NCBI GenBank assembly: GCA_050115495.1
Contig: JASFQK010000016.1
Location: forward strand, 64,001 to 128,000
Reading direction: 5' to 3'
Source of the DNA: Phycisphaerae bacterium
GTDB lineage: Bacteria; Planctomycetota; Phycisphaerae; UBA1845; Fen-1342
Length of the DNA: 64,000 bases
The position numbers and the translations under genes were made by a program. Below, piece after piece: positions 36,846 through 45,844 of the stretch. Position 1 is the stretch's first letter. Each line of letters opens with the position of its first letter. Below the pieces are notes generated by a model that had not been told where the DNA came from, made no database searches, and worked only from the letters and a program-made list of their open reading frames with translations.

Positions 36846-39404
36846 ATGAGAAGCATGATTCTGTGTGTTTCGATGTTCGCCGTGCTGGCGCTGTGTGCGC
36901 CCGTCGGCGTGGCCGACGACCTGAACGGCCCGTACTTCTACGAGTCGTCCGACTGTCCGACGGGCGAAGGCCCGAAGGCTGGCGGCTTCGTGACCATCAG
37001 CGGGGCGACGCTATTCCGCGACTTCTTCACCGCCGCCGACTCGACCGCGCGGTTCAGCACGGACATCGACTGCGACGCGACCCCGGGCAGCAACCTGGCC
37101 CCGATCTGGTCGGGTCTGGGTGGCACGTACTGGTGGGTCGTGCAGTACCGCGGCATCGGCTCGGGCAACGGTCTGGCCGAGTTCGTCGCCTACCAGTGCA
37201 ACGGCGACATCCCGAACACGGTCCCGTCCGAAGGTGGCTGGATCAACCGTATTCCGTACGGCGCCCCCGGTGGCTGCGATGATAACGGCATGGACCCGAG
37301 CTGCTGCGACAGCGGTACGCCCTCCTGCCCGCCCTCGGTTGACATCGCCGTCCTCGACGTCCCCACCGCGTGGTTTACCGTCGTTGGCGACGAAGTGGAC
37401 GCCAGCCCGGACCGCGCCCCCGGCGAGCCCGGCTACGGCCTCAATCCGCACATCTCCTGTGGCGGCAAGAGCAACCACCTCAAGTCCTTCGGCTGCCTGA
37501 CGCCGGCCGACGTTGTGGACACGCAGATCGCCTGGGTGCCCATCTCCATCATCACCAACCACGGTACGGGCTATGAGAACCTCGACATCACCGCGCTGCG
37601 GCACCTGTTCCTGACGGGCCGCCTGCCGAATGGTGAGAACCTCGTCGCCGTGACGCGTGACTCGGGCTCGGGCACGCGCAACGGAGCCATGAGCTCGATG
37701 TGCCTCGATCCGAGCTGGGGCATGGGCGAGAACCGCGACGACAAGACCAACACTTCGGAATTCACTAAGCTCGGCCCCGCCCACGTACGCTCGAACCTGG
37801 GTGGCTCGAGCCGTATGGAAGAAGTGGTGCAGAACGTGCGCCTGGCCGTCGGTTACACCGGCCTGTGCGGTTCGAGCCGCTCGGCCGTCGACGTGTCCGG
37901 CCAGAAGTACGAGCTGATGGGCGTTGTCTACGACGATCGCGGCGGCACGCTGGCCGTCCGCCCCAACACGCAGGCCATCTACTTCAACGAGATGGACAGC
38001 GCGTTTGACTACGGTTGGCAGATCGGTGGTCCCGAGACGATGGCGACCAACGGCGATCCGATGATCCCGGGCGACATGGAGAACGAGGCTGCGGCCGACT
38101 ACATTCGCAACATCATCGAGAGCATCGCCGCCTACTCGCCGCCGGGCTACCGTCCGGATCCGGCGGACTTCATGGCGACCGAGTACCAGCTCACGGCCGC
38201 CGTTGGCTGGGTGCCGGGCAATCCGCCCTGCAACTTCATCCCGAACCCGGCGCTGAATGAGCAACTCCGCGCCTGGAGTGCCCTGAACGACACCTGCGCC
38301 GACATCGTCTTCGACTACGGCGCTTACTCGATGACCGGTCTTACCCCGGTGCGTTCGCAGAATCCCGACTGGAGCGGCATCGAAACGCCTTCGTGCGACT
38401 GCGACTACCCGGCCAACGGCCTTTACTCCGACGGTCTGACCGGCGGCGAGCTCGGTTACCTGAATCGCCACAACGGCGAGTACTACCCGATCTACGGCGA
38501 CGTGCTGAACCTGCGTAACCGCATCGCCGGCGACTGGGACGGCGACGGCGACCGCGACGTGGACGACATCGACGAGATGATGTGGGCGATCGACGACACC
38601 ACCGGTTACGTCACCGCCAACTCGACGGTCGGTGACCCTGTCACCCCCGAGATCATCGGTGACTACGACGGCAACGGCAACTTCGACTGCCGCGACATCC
38701 GCTACTTCGCCGACGGTCTGGCCCTGGTGTCCGGCAATCTGTGCCGGGCGGACGGCTTCCGTCTGGTCGACGAGGCTTGGTTTGCGCGCACCGGCACGCT
38801 GAACTACTTCGGCACGACGCTCGTGACCGGCGTTGAGTACGAGGCGGGCGACTCGCGGGCCGACGTGGCCGGCCGCACGCCGTGCCGCGGTGCCGAGCCC
38901 CGCGGTTATGACTGTGTCGTGGACTGCGCCGACATCAACTACATCTGCGAGAACATCGGCGCGGTGCCGTTCGACTACAGCTGCGACATGGACTGCGACC
39001 TGGCGATCACCGTCAGTGACGTGCAGGTGGTCGTGAAGGACATCCTGGAAGCCCTGGACGGCGACGCCAACCTCGACGGCGTGGTCGACGCCGACGACTG
39101 GTGCATCGTTACGTCCAACCTCGGCCGTGGTGGCTGCTGGTGCGACGGCGACTTCAACTTCGATGGCATCGTCAACGGCAGTGACCTGGCGATGGTCCCC
39201 CGTCCGGACAGCATGGGTGACATGAACTGCGACGGCGACGTCAACAACTTCGACATCGCTCCGTTCGTGGTGGCCCTGACCAACCCCGAGGGCTACGCGG
39301 AGCAGTATCCGGAGTGCGACGTCATGTACGCCGACATCAACTGTGACGGCGTCGTGGACAACTTCGACATCGCCCCGTTCATCGCGCTGGTTCTGTCGAA
39401 GTAA
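36846..39404 (+). CDS. Secreted protein with PstS/PBP-like domain and C-terminal dockerin-like Ca-binding repeats
   Basis: Signal peptide; ISGAT, YRGIGSGNG and TRDSGSGTRN motifs; GDWDGDG, GDANLDG, GDMNCDGDVNNFDIAPF, ADINCDG; GGAGG RBS. Confidence 0.75.
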   Translation: MRSMILCVSMFAVLALCAPVGVADDLNGPYFYESSDCPTGEGPKAGGFVTISGATLFRDFFTAADSTARFSTDIDCDATPGSNLAPIWSGLGGTYWWVVQYRGIGSGNGLAEFVAYQCNGDIPNTVPSEGGWINRIPYGAPGGCDDNGMDPSCCDSGTPSCPPSVDIAVLDVPTAWFTVVGDEVDASPDRAPGEPGYGLNPHISCGGKSNHLKSFGCLTPADVVDTQIAWVPISIITNHGTGYENLDITALRHLFLTGRLPNGENLVAVTRDSGSGTRNGAMSSMCLDPSWGMGENRDDKTNTSEFTKLGPAHVRSNLGGSSRMEEVVQNVRLAVGYTGLCGSSRSAVDVSGQKYELMGVVYDDRGGTLAVRPNTQAIYFNEMDSAFDYGWQIGGPETMATNGDPMIPGDMENEAAADYIRNIIESIAAYSPPGYRPDPADFMATEYQLTAAVGWVPGNPPCNFIPNPALNEQLRAWSALNDTCADIVFDYGAYSMTGLTPVRSQNPDWSGIETPSCDCDYPANGLYSDGLTGGELGYLNRHNGEYYPIYGDVLNLRNRIAGDWDGDGDRDVDDIDEMMWAIDDTTGYVTANSTVGDPVTPEIIGDYDGNGNFDCRDIRYFADGLALVSGNLCRADGFRLVDEAWFARTGTLNYFGTTLVTGVEYEAGDSRADVAGRTPCRGAEPRGYDCVVDCADINYICENIGAVPFDYSCDMDCDLAITVSDVQVVVKDILEALDGDANLDGVVDADDWCIVTSNLGRGGCWCDGDFNFDGIVNGSDLAMVPRPDSMGDMNCDGDVNNFDIAPFVVALTNPEGYAEQYPECDVMYADINCDGVVDNFDIAPFIALVLSK

Positions 39405-39428
39405 GCTTACTGGTTTGAGTATCTCCGG

Positions 39429-39472
39429 CCGGCCGTCGGGCGGTGTATGACGCCCGGCGGCCGGTGCCTTTT
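39429..39472 (+). terminator. Putative rho-independent terminator between convergent genes
   Basis: ccggccgtcgggcg-loop-cgcccggcggccgg followed by tgccttttt. Confidence 0.65.
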
Positions 39473-39482
39473 TGCGCGGAGA

Positions 39483-41150
39483 TTACGGGTGCGGGGCCGC
39501 GGCGGGGGCGGGGGTGCCGAGCACTTCCAGCAGCGTTGTGGGCATGGCCTTCGATGGGGCGGCGATGCGGAGTCGGCCGGAGAGGGCGGCGGCGGCCTCC
39601 GCCGGATCGACGGGGCGTTGCACGACGCCGGGACGGATGCCCGGGCCGGCGAAGATCAGCGGTACATGCACGTCGTAATGGTACGGCGAGCCGTGCGTGG
39701 TGGCGTCGACCACGGGGTCGGTGTACAGGTACCAGAACTGATCCTGCACGACGAGCACGTTGCCGGAACGCTTGGGGTGGAAGGCCATCTGCACGCGGCG
39801 GTGGATCGGGTCGTCGGGCAGCCGGCCGGTCAGCAGGTCGCCGCGTGTCACGGCCAGGGCGATGCCGGGCTGGGCGAGCATGACCCGCGCCAGGACGGGC
39901 TCGACCTCGGCGGCGGTGAGGTTCAGCCGGGCGAGCACGGCCTGGTCCAGGTACAACGCCGGTGGCCAGAAGGAGAGCACGAGGTCCTCGGTCGTGCGGT
40001 AGTGCTCACGCAGGTCGGCGTTGGCCCGGGCCAGCAGCTCCTTCGGATCGTGGCGGCCGGCGTCGAAGCCCAGACGCTGCCACTCCTCGGGGATGTCGTC
40101 GAAGCCGTGGTCGGCGGTCAGCACGACCAGCGTCCGGTTCGGGCCGACAGTCTCGTCGAGGAAGTGCAGCAGGTCGGCCAGGGAGCGATCGACGCGGAGC
40201 AGGTTGTCCTCGGCTTCGAGGCTGCGCACGCCCCATCCGTGCTGGATGTAGTCCATCGCCGAGAAGCTGACGGCGAGGAGATCGACGGCGTCACGCTGGC
40301 CGAGCTGCTCGTTCCTGACGAGTTCTTTGGTGAACGCCAGCAGGAGGTCGTCGGAGAAGGGCGTGTAGCGCAGGACGGCGCCGAAGTCCTCCGCGTTGCC
40401 GCCGGCCAGCGCGTGCGGGAACGTGCGGCCAAGCTGCTTGTAGCCTTTCTCGCCCGGGCGGTCGTCCTCGCGGTTGGCGTAGTCGTCGGCGGGGCGGAGC
40501 AGGGACCAGGTCGCCTCACGGTAGCGTTCGGCGGGTTTGGTCTGATGCCACGCGGTGACCCAGTCCGGGTATCCCTGGCGGTAGTACGTGCTGGTGACGA
40601 AGTGGACGGCGTTGGGGTCGTACCAGTAGGCTTGGCCGAGATGGCCGGCGGGGAGGATGGCCGCCCGGTCCTTGCCGGAGACACCGAAGACGCGCGACCG
40701 GCCGCCGCTGGCGACGACGAGTTCGTCGCCGAAGGTGGAGGCCAGCAGGTGGACGGGCGAGCGGCCGCCGGGGGCGTCGGGCGGCTGACCGATGAGCGGA
40801 TGGGCGGGGTCGCCGACGGCGTAGATGCGGTCGCCGGTCTGGGGGGCGTACCAGTAGTTGCCGGCGATGCCGTGCTGGGGGGTGTAGGTGCCGGTGAGGA
40901 GCGTGGCATGGCCGACGGCGGTGAACGTGTTGGCGTGGCCGTAGAGGGCCTGGCGGTATTCGACGCCCTCGCGCAACAGCCGATTGAAGCCGTCCGGGCC
41001 GAGGCGGGGGCAATCCCGGTGCAGCGAGTCGTAGCGCAGGCCGTCGACCACGACGAAGAGCACGAGCTTTGTCTCTTCTGCGGGCGGGGCGGCGTAGGTG
41101 ACGGTGGCGGCGAGCAGCAGCGCCGCGATGAGGATCGTGCGAGTTTTCAC
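39483..41150 (-). CDS. Alkaline phosphatase superfamily protein (PafA-like)
   Basis: VVDGLR, TFTAVGHATL.TG, HGIAGN, KDRAAIL.AGH, DYIQH, TADHG, THGSPYHYDVHVP; signal peptide; AGGAGG RBS. Confidence 0.9.
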   Translation of the reverse strand: MKTRTILIAALLLAATVTYAAPPAEETKLVLFVVVDGLRYDSLHRDCPRLGPDGFNRLLREGVEYRQALYGHANTFTAVGHATLLTGTYTPQHGIAGNYWYAPQTGDRIYAVGDPAHPLIGQPPDAPGGRSPVHLLASTFGDELVVASGGRSRVFGVSGKDRAAILPAGHLGQAYWYDPNAVHFVTSTYYRQGYPDWVTAWHQTKPAERYREATWSLLRPADDYANREDDRPGEKGYKQLGRTFPHALAGGNAEDFGAVLRYTPFSDDLLLAFTKELVRNEQLGQRDAVDLLAVSFSAMDYIQHGWGVRSLEAEDNLLRVDRSLADLLHFLDETVGPNRTLVVLTADHGFDDIPEEWQRLGFDAGRHDPKELLARANADLREHYRTTEDLVLSFWPPALYLDQAVLARLNLTAAEVEPVLARVMLAQPGIALAVTRGDLLTGRLPDDPIHRRVQMAFHPKRSGNVLVVQDQFWYLYTDPVVDATTHGSPYHYDVHVPLIFAGPGIRPGVVQRPVDPAEAAAALSGRLRIAAPSKAMPTTLLEVLGTPAPAAAPHP

Positions 41151-41361
41151 GGTTGGGTGCCTCCTGTGCTTGGCGCAGATGAACGCGGGCTGGCGGCCCG
41201 GTCCACACGATTCGACGCACACGGGAGGATAGCATCGCGGGGCAGCGAGCGCGTGTGAACCGCCGGCACACGCGCCGATCTCACCGAATCTTAATCGACG
41301 GGTAACAGCGGCGCGGACGGGTAGGGTGGGCGGTCGGGTCATGACGGCGGCAAGCGGCTGG

Positions 41362-42675
41362 TCAACTCGTCCAGCGGAAGGCGCGGACGCCGATGGCGAA
41401 GCAGCCGACGCCGACGGCGATCAGGATTGCGCAGGGGAAGAGCATTTCGGCGGGGGAGAAGCCGCGCCAGAGGGCACCCTCCATTGCGTGAATGCCCCAC
41501 TTGACCGGGCTGATGTGGCTGAGCGTCTGCATCCACGGCGGCATGAAGATCCGCGGGACCATTCCGCCGCCGATCATGGCCATGATGAGCAGCACGGCCC
41601 AGCCGATCCCGCCGGCGGACTGCTCGGTTTTGCCCAGCACCGACAGCAGCATCATGATGCCGACGAAGCTGAGCGCGACGGAGACGATGGCGAGCGCCAG
41701 CAGCCAGACCGAGTGCGGGTACACGCCGAAGACGAAGGCCGCCAGCAGGAGCAGGGTGATCATCATGCCCAGTGTGGTCAGCAGGCAGGCGGTGGCTTTG
41801 CCGGCGAGGATCTGCCAGCGGGTGATGGGGGCCATGCGCAGCCGCACGAGCGTGCCGCTCGTCCGTTCGATGACCAGTGAAATGCCGAACGCCGCCGCAC
41901 AACCCATCACGCCCCAGATGATGCCCTGCGGGAACGACCACGCGTAGCTGCTGGGCAGTGCGTCTTTGCGCCAGACTACCGCCTCCTGGCGGATTCTGAC
42001 GGGCTGCCAGCCACCCTGGAACATGCCGACGGGTTGCGTTTCGTCCGTGGCCGAAGCGGTCGTGGTTGGAGCCGGACCCTGGAGGCCGTTCTGGATGAAC
42101 GTCTTCAGGGCGGGGAAGAACAGGCTCAGGGCGGCTCGTTGGACGGGGTCTATGTCTTCCGCTTCGCGAACGTCCTGCTGCCATCGGTCGATGCGCTCGG
42201 TCAAGACGTCGGGCTGCTCGAACATCTGCTGCATGCGCTGGAAGGCGCATTTGATGAGCAGGCCCTGGAGCATGGCGGCTTCGGCCTGACGTGAGGGGTC
42301 GATGCCCACATCGATCTCGGGCGGCTCGCCCCAGAACATGCCGTCGCGACGCTCGCCGAAGCCCGGCGTCAGGACGAGGTAAGCGAGCCGGTCGCCCCGG
42401 CGGACGGAGTCGACGGCGTCGTCGCGTTTTGCCGTGGTCACGTCGAGTTCGGCTGTCTTCTGCAAGTCGGCGATGAACGAGCACGATTCTGCCGTCTGGT
42501 CGTCATCGACGACGGCGACTTTGAGCTTCGTCGAGGTCGTGCGGCCGACGCCGGAGAAGATCGCCCCGAAGAAGATCGCGTACACGAGCGGGAAGATGAA
42601 GGCGAAGATGAACCCCGCCTTGTCGCGGAGGAGTAGGCGCAGGTCCTTCGTCGCCAGGGCGAGGATCTCGTTCAT
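41362..42675 (-). CDS. ABC-2 family transporter permease
   Basis: KDLRLLLRDK, ERTSGTLVRL..API, GG.MVP..FMP.WMQ..SP..W. Confidence 0.9.
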   Translation of the reverse strand: MNEILALATKDLRLLLRDKAGFIFAFIFPLVYAIFFGAIFSGVGRTTSTKLKVAVVDDDQTAESCSFIADLQKTAELDVTTAKRDDAVDSVRRGDRLAYLVLTPGFGERRDGMFWGEPPEIDVGIDPSRQAEAAMLQGLLIKCAFQRMQQMFEQPDVLTERIDRWQQDVREAEDIDPVQRAALSLFFPALKTFIQNGLQGPAPTTTASATDETQPVGMFQGGWQPVRIRQEAVVWRKDALPSSYAWSFPQGIIWGVMGCAAAFGISLVIERTSGTLVRLRMAPITRWQILAGKATACLLTTLGMMITLLLLAAFVFGVYPHSVWLLALAIVSVALSFVGIMMLLSVLGKTEQSAGGIGWAVLLIMAMIGGGMVPRIFMPPWMQTLSHISPVKWGIHAMEGALWRGFSPAEMLFPCAILIAVGVGCFAIGVRAFRWTS

Positions 42676-43520
42676 CAGTCCCTCAGGTGCCGTCCGGTCA
42701 GGTTCAGGAAGACCTGTTCGAGGTCGGGCCGGTCGAGGCGAAATTGTTCGAGCGGGCCGGCCTCCTGTAAGCGCTTCAGCTCGGCGACGGGGTCGTCGGT
42801 CTCGATACGCGTCTCGCCGGCGGCGGTGCGGGCCCGCACGATGCTCTGGCCGCCGTGAGCGGCGATCAGGGCGTCCACCGTGTCCAGGGCCAGCACGCGG
42901 CCGTGGTCGATGATGCAGACGCGGTCGCAGAGGCGCTGCGCCTCTTCCATGTAATGCGTGGTGTAGACGATCGTGCGGCCGCGCTGTTGCAGAGCGGCGA
43001 TGCGGTCGAAGATGGCGTTGCGCGATTGCGGATCGACGCCGACCGTCGGTTCGTCCAGCAGCAGCAGGTCCGGGTCGTGCACGATGGCGACGGCCAGGTT
43101 GAGCCGGCGCTGCATGCCGCCGGAGTACGTCTTCGCCGGGTCCCGCCGGCGATCGGTGAGGCCGACGAATTCGAGTGCCCAGGCGGCCCGTTCGCGCAGC
43201 GTGCGCCCGGTTAAACCCTGAAGCCGGGCGAAGAAGCGGACGTTTTCCTCGCCGCTCAGGTCTCCGTAGATGGCCATCTCCTGCGGGGCGACGCCGATTC
43301 GCCGGCGGACGGCGGCACGCTCGGGCGAACCCTGGCCGTCAAGCTCGACTGTGCCGGCGTCGGGGCGCAGCAGCCCGATGGCCGTATTGACGGTTGTGGT
43401 CTTGCCGGCACCGTTGGGTCCGAGCAGGCCGAAGACCTCGCCGCGTCGAATCTCGAGGGTGAGATGGTCGACGGCGATAATCGAGCCGAACGTCTTGCGT
43501 AGATCCGTGAGCTTGAGCAT
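42675..43520 (-). CDS. ABC transporter ATP-binding protein
   Basis: GPNGAGKTT, YSGGMQRR, LLDEPT, TTHYMEEA. Confidence 0.95.
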   Translation of the reverse strand: MLKLTDLRKTFGSIIAVDHLTLEIRRGEVFGLLGPNGAGKTTTVNTAIGLLRPDAGTVELDGQGSPERAAVRRRIGVAPQEMAIYGDLSGEENVRFFARLQGLTGRTLRERAAWALEFVGLTDRRRDPAKTYSGGMQRRLNLAVAIVHDPDLLLLDEPTVGVDPQSRNAIFDRIAALQQRGRTIVYTTHYMEEAQRLCDRVCIIDHGRVLALDTVDALIAAHGGQSIVRARTAAGETRIETDDPVAELKRLQEAGPLEQFRLDRPDLEQVFLNLTGRHLRD

Positions 43521-43895
43521 GAGAGTGGCCCATTCTGGCGGATACGCGCGGCGGCCGTCAAGCGATGTGGCGAGCAGTCTGTCGTATGCAGGAAGTACAC
43601 GCCGTCGTTCATGCAGGACCGCGGCGCGGGTTGTGAATCATCGAGACGATCGCCTCATCGTGCGTTAACACAAATGGCCCTTGCGGGGCCCGAATCGGCA
43701 CAAACGGGCGTTCGTTTCCCGCGATTCACACGACGTTAATGTGCGTTGTCTTTTCGTGAATCGCGTTAAGGATGCGTTCGCGCGACGCGTGCTCCCCGGA
43801 TTCGGCGTTGCCACGAGAGGTTCAAAGGCCGCCGGCCCCGGGGCGGGTTGCGCGCCCGGGGCCGGTTCGGTGTGTCGAGAAGCTGTTGGTGTCCG

Positions 43896-43922
43896 ACGTC
43901 GGCCACGGGGGGCCGACGCTAC
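43896..43922 (-). repeat. GTAG-type REP
   Basis: acgtcggccacggggggccgacgctac is the reverse complement of the 515-541 unit. Confidence 0.85.
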
Positions 43923-43993
43923 ATTCCCGGTCGCCGCCACGTACGCCGCCGCGTTTGTGGCCGGGTTTGCGGCGGGGGATGACCCTGTCGCCG

Positions 43994-45844
43994 CTACGGC
44001 CGCAGGATGATCGTGCGGCCGGCGTCGGTGGCCATTTCGTTCAGGGCGTCGCGCAGGGCGAGGAAGTCGGCCGCGGTCAACTGCCGCTGCGCCAGACGCG
44101 TGCGGCGCTGGAGCTTGAGCCCGGATTCCTCGTCGATGACCTGCTGCTGCACCAGGCTGCCGGACTCATTCTTCGCCGACACGTTGTGCGGACGAACCTC
44201 GACCGTCCAGCCCTCGGGCCACGTGATCGTCAGGTCGAGCAGCTCCTCGTAGGGCCCGGTCAGGCGCACCGGCTGCGTGCGCTGGCTGTAGTTCGTCGGT
44301 AACGGCACTTCAGCCCGGGCGGGGCCGTCCGCATCGAGCGGCAGCCAGAACGCCCCGGCGGTCTGTTCGAGTTCGTTGGACGACTTCACCTTCGCCTCGA
44401 CGGCGAACCGCCCGTCGGCCAGCGCCGTCACGGTCGAGCTCTCGACGTCAACGGATGGCAGGACCCGGCGAACGAGCGCCCGGACGCGGCTGTTCTGCCC
44501 GCCCGTGGTGCGCAGACTCTCCGGCGAGACGAACAGGCCGGTCGTCTCCACCGTGAGATTGCCCGTATACGTACCGTCGTCGGCGATCTTGATATCGCCG
44601 CGAACGACGCAGCGGCTGTCGTTGACGTCGTCCCAGGCCGGCAGGAGGATGCGCTGCACGGCCGTCTCACGCTGGGCGAGGACGGTGTAGCCGGCCCAGC
44701 GAGCGTTGTGCTGGATCCGGCCGCGATGCGGGTCCCACACCTGCGGCACGGGCCCGTTATCGAGCAGCACCACGTACGCCGACACGAGATCGCGTTGCGG
44801 AGCCCGGTCCGTCCAGCGCTCATCGTCGACGAGGACGGCGGGGCGGACGGGCAGGCCGGCGGCACGAGCCAGCGATAGCAGGGCGGCCGCGGCTTCCTCC
44901 GGCATGCCGTAACACACGCTCATCGTTTCCGACGCCGGCCGCAGCGTGAATGGCCGCCACGACTGCTCGAACTCGACGAAGCTGTAGCAGTCGGCGAGCT
45001 TCTCCTGAATCGCCCGCATCTTGTCCGCCGGCGAGAGCGGCTCTTCGGCCCATTCGTGCGCGAGGCGGGACACCAGCGGCGATTCGTCCGCCGCCGAGTC
45101 GATCCAGCCGAGCGTGGTCTTCAGCCATTCCTCTGTCGTGCCGGCGGTGCTGAACGTCAGCCGCATGCCGGGTTCGTTGCGCGTCCACCAGGGCGGCGAC
45201 TGCGGCTCATGCGGGACGCCGGCGGCGGAACGCAGCGTGTAGCTGGCGTTACCGTCGGTCGGCGGCACCTGCGAGAAGGAGACGCAGCTCAGTTTCACGC
45301 CGTCCGGCGTCGCGATGGTCAGGGTGTGTTCCTGCACCGGGTGCCGGTGGTCGCAGCGGACGTCCGCGGCGATGTACGGATACGTGCCCGGTTTGCTGGT
45401 GATTCGGTATTCGAGCTCGACGACGCAGCCGACCTCGATGCCGCTCATGACCAGCAGATGCTGGCGGATGGCGGCGAAGGCCGGCCAGCCGGACGTCGAG
45501 TCGGGCGTGACGAGGACGTGCGAGTAGTCGGCGAGATCGCGATACGTGCCGTCGGCTCGCTTCACACGGGCGTTGATGATTTCGAGCTCGTCGGTATCGG
45601 CGTTGTAGGTGATTCGTGGATCGGCGAACTCGCGGTAGGCGCGGTCGTTGTTCAGGCGAACGTGCTGCTTGCAGTAGTACGCGGTGGAGCCGTCGGCCTT
45701 GAGCGTCCACTGCTGCTCCCAGAGCTCGATGACCGCGTCGGGCGGAGCGGCCAGCGCCGGGGCGGCCAGGGCGACGGTCAGGGCGACGAGCAGGGCCCGC
45801 GTCGCCAGTGCGGGCGGTCTCAGGGTGTGTTTAGCGCTGTGCAT
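43994..45844 (-). CDS. DUF3857-domain protein with degenerate transglutaminase-like domain
   Basis: Signal peptide; GIEVGCVVELEY; G.PEEAA..L.SL.RAAG without the catalytic Cys; overlaps the upstream gene. Confidence 0.75.
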   Translation of the reverse strand: MHSAKHTLRPPALATRALLVALTVALAAPALAAPPDAVIELWEQQWTLKADGSTAYYCKQHVRLNNDRAYREFADPRITYNADTDELEIINARVKRADGTYRDLADYSHVLVTPDSTSGWPAFAAIRQHLLVMSGIEVGCVVELEYRITSKPGTYPYIAADVRCDHRHPVQEHTLTIATPDGVKLSCVSFSQVPPTDGNASYTLRSAAGVPHEPQSPPWWTRNEPGMRLTFSTAGTTEEWLKTTLGWIDSAADESPLVSRLAHEWAEEPLSPADKMRAIQEKLADCYSFVEFEQSWRPFTLRPASETMSVCYGMPEEAAAALLSLARAAGLPVRPAVLVDDERWTDRAPQRDLVSAYVVLLDNGPVPQVWDPHRGRIQHNARWAGYTVLAQRETAVQRILLPAWDDVNDSRCVVRGDIKIADDGTYTGNLTVETTGLFVSPESLRTTGGQNSRVRALVRRVLPSVDVESSTVTALADGRFAVEAKVKSSNELEQTAGAFWLPLDADGPARAEVPLPTNYSQRTQPVRLTGPYEELLDLTITWPEGWTVEVRPHNVSAKNESGSLVQQQVIDEESGLKLQRRTRLAQRQLTAADFLALRDALNEMATDAGRTIILRP

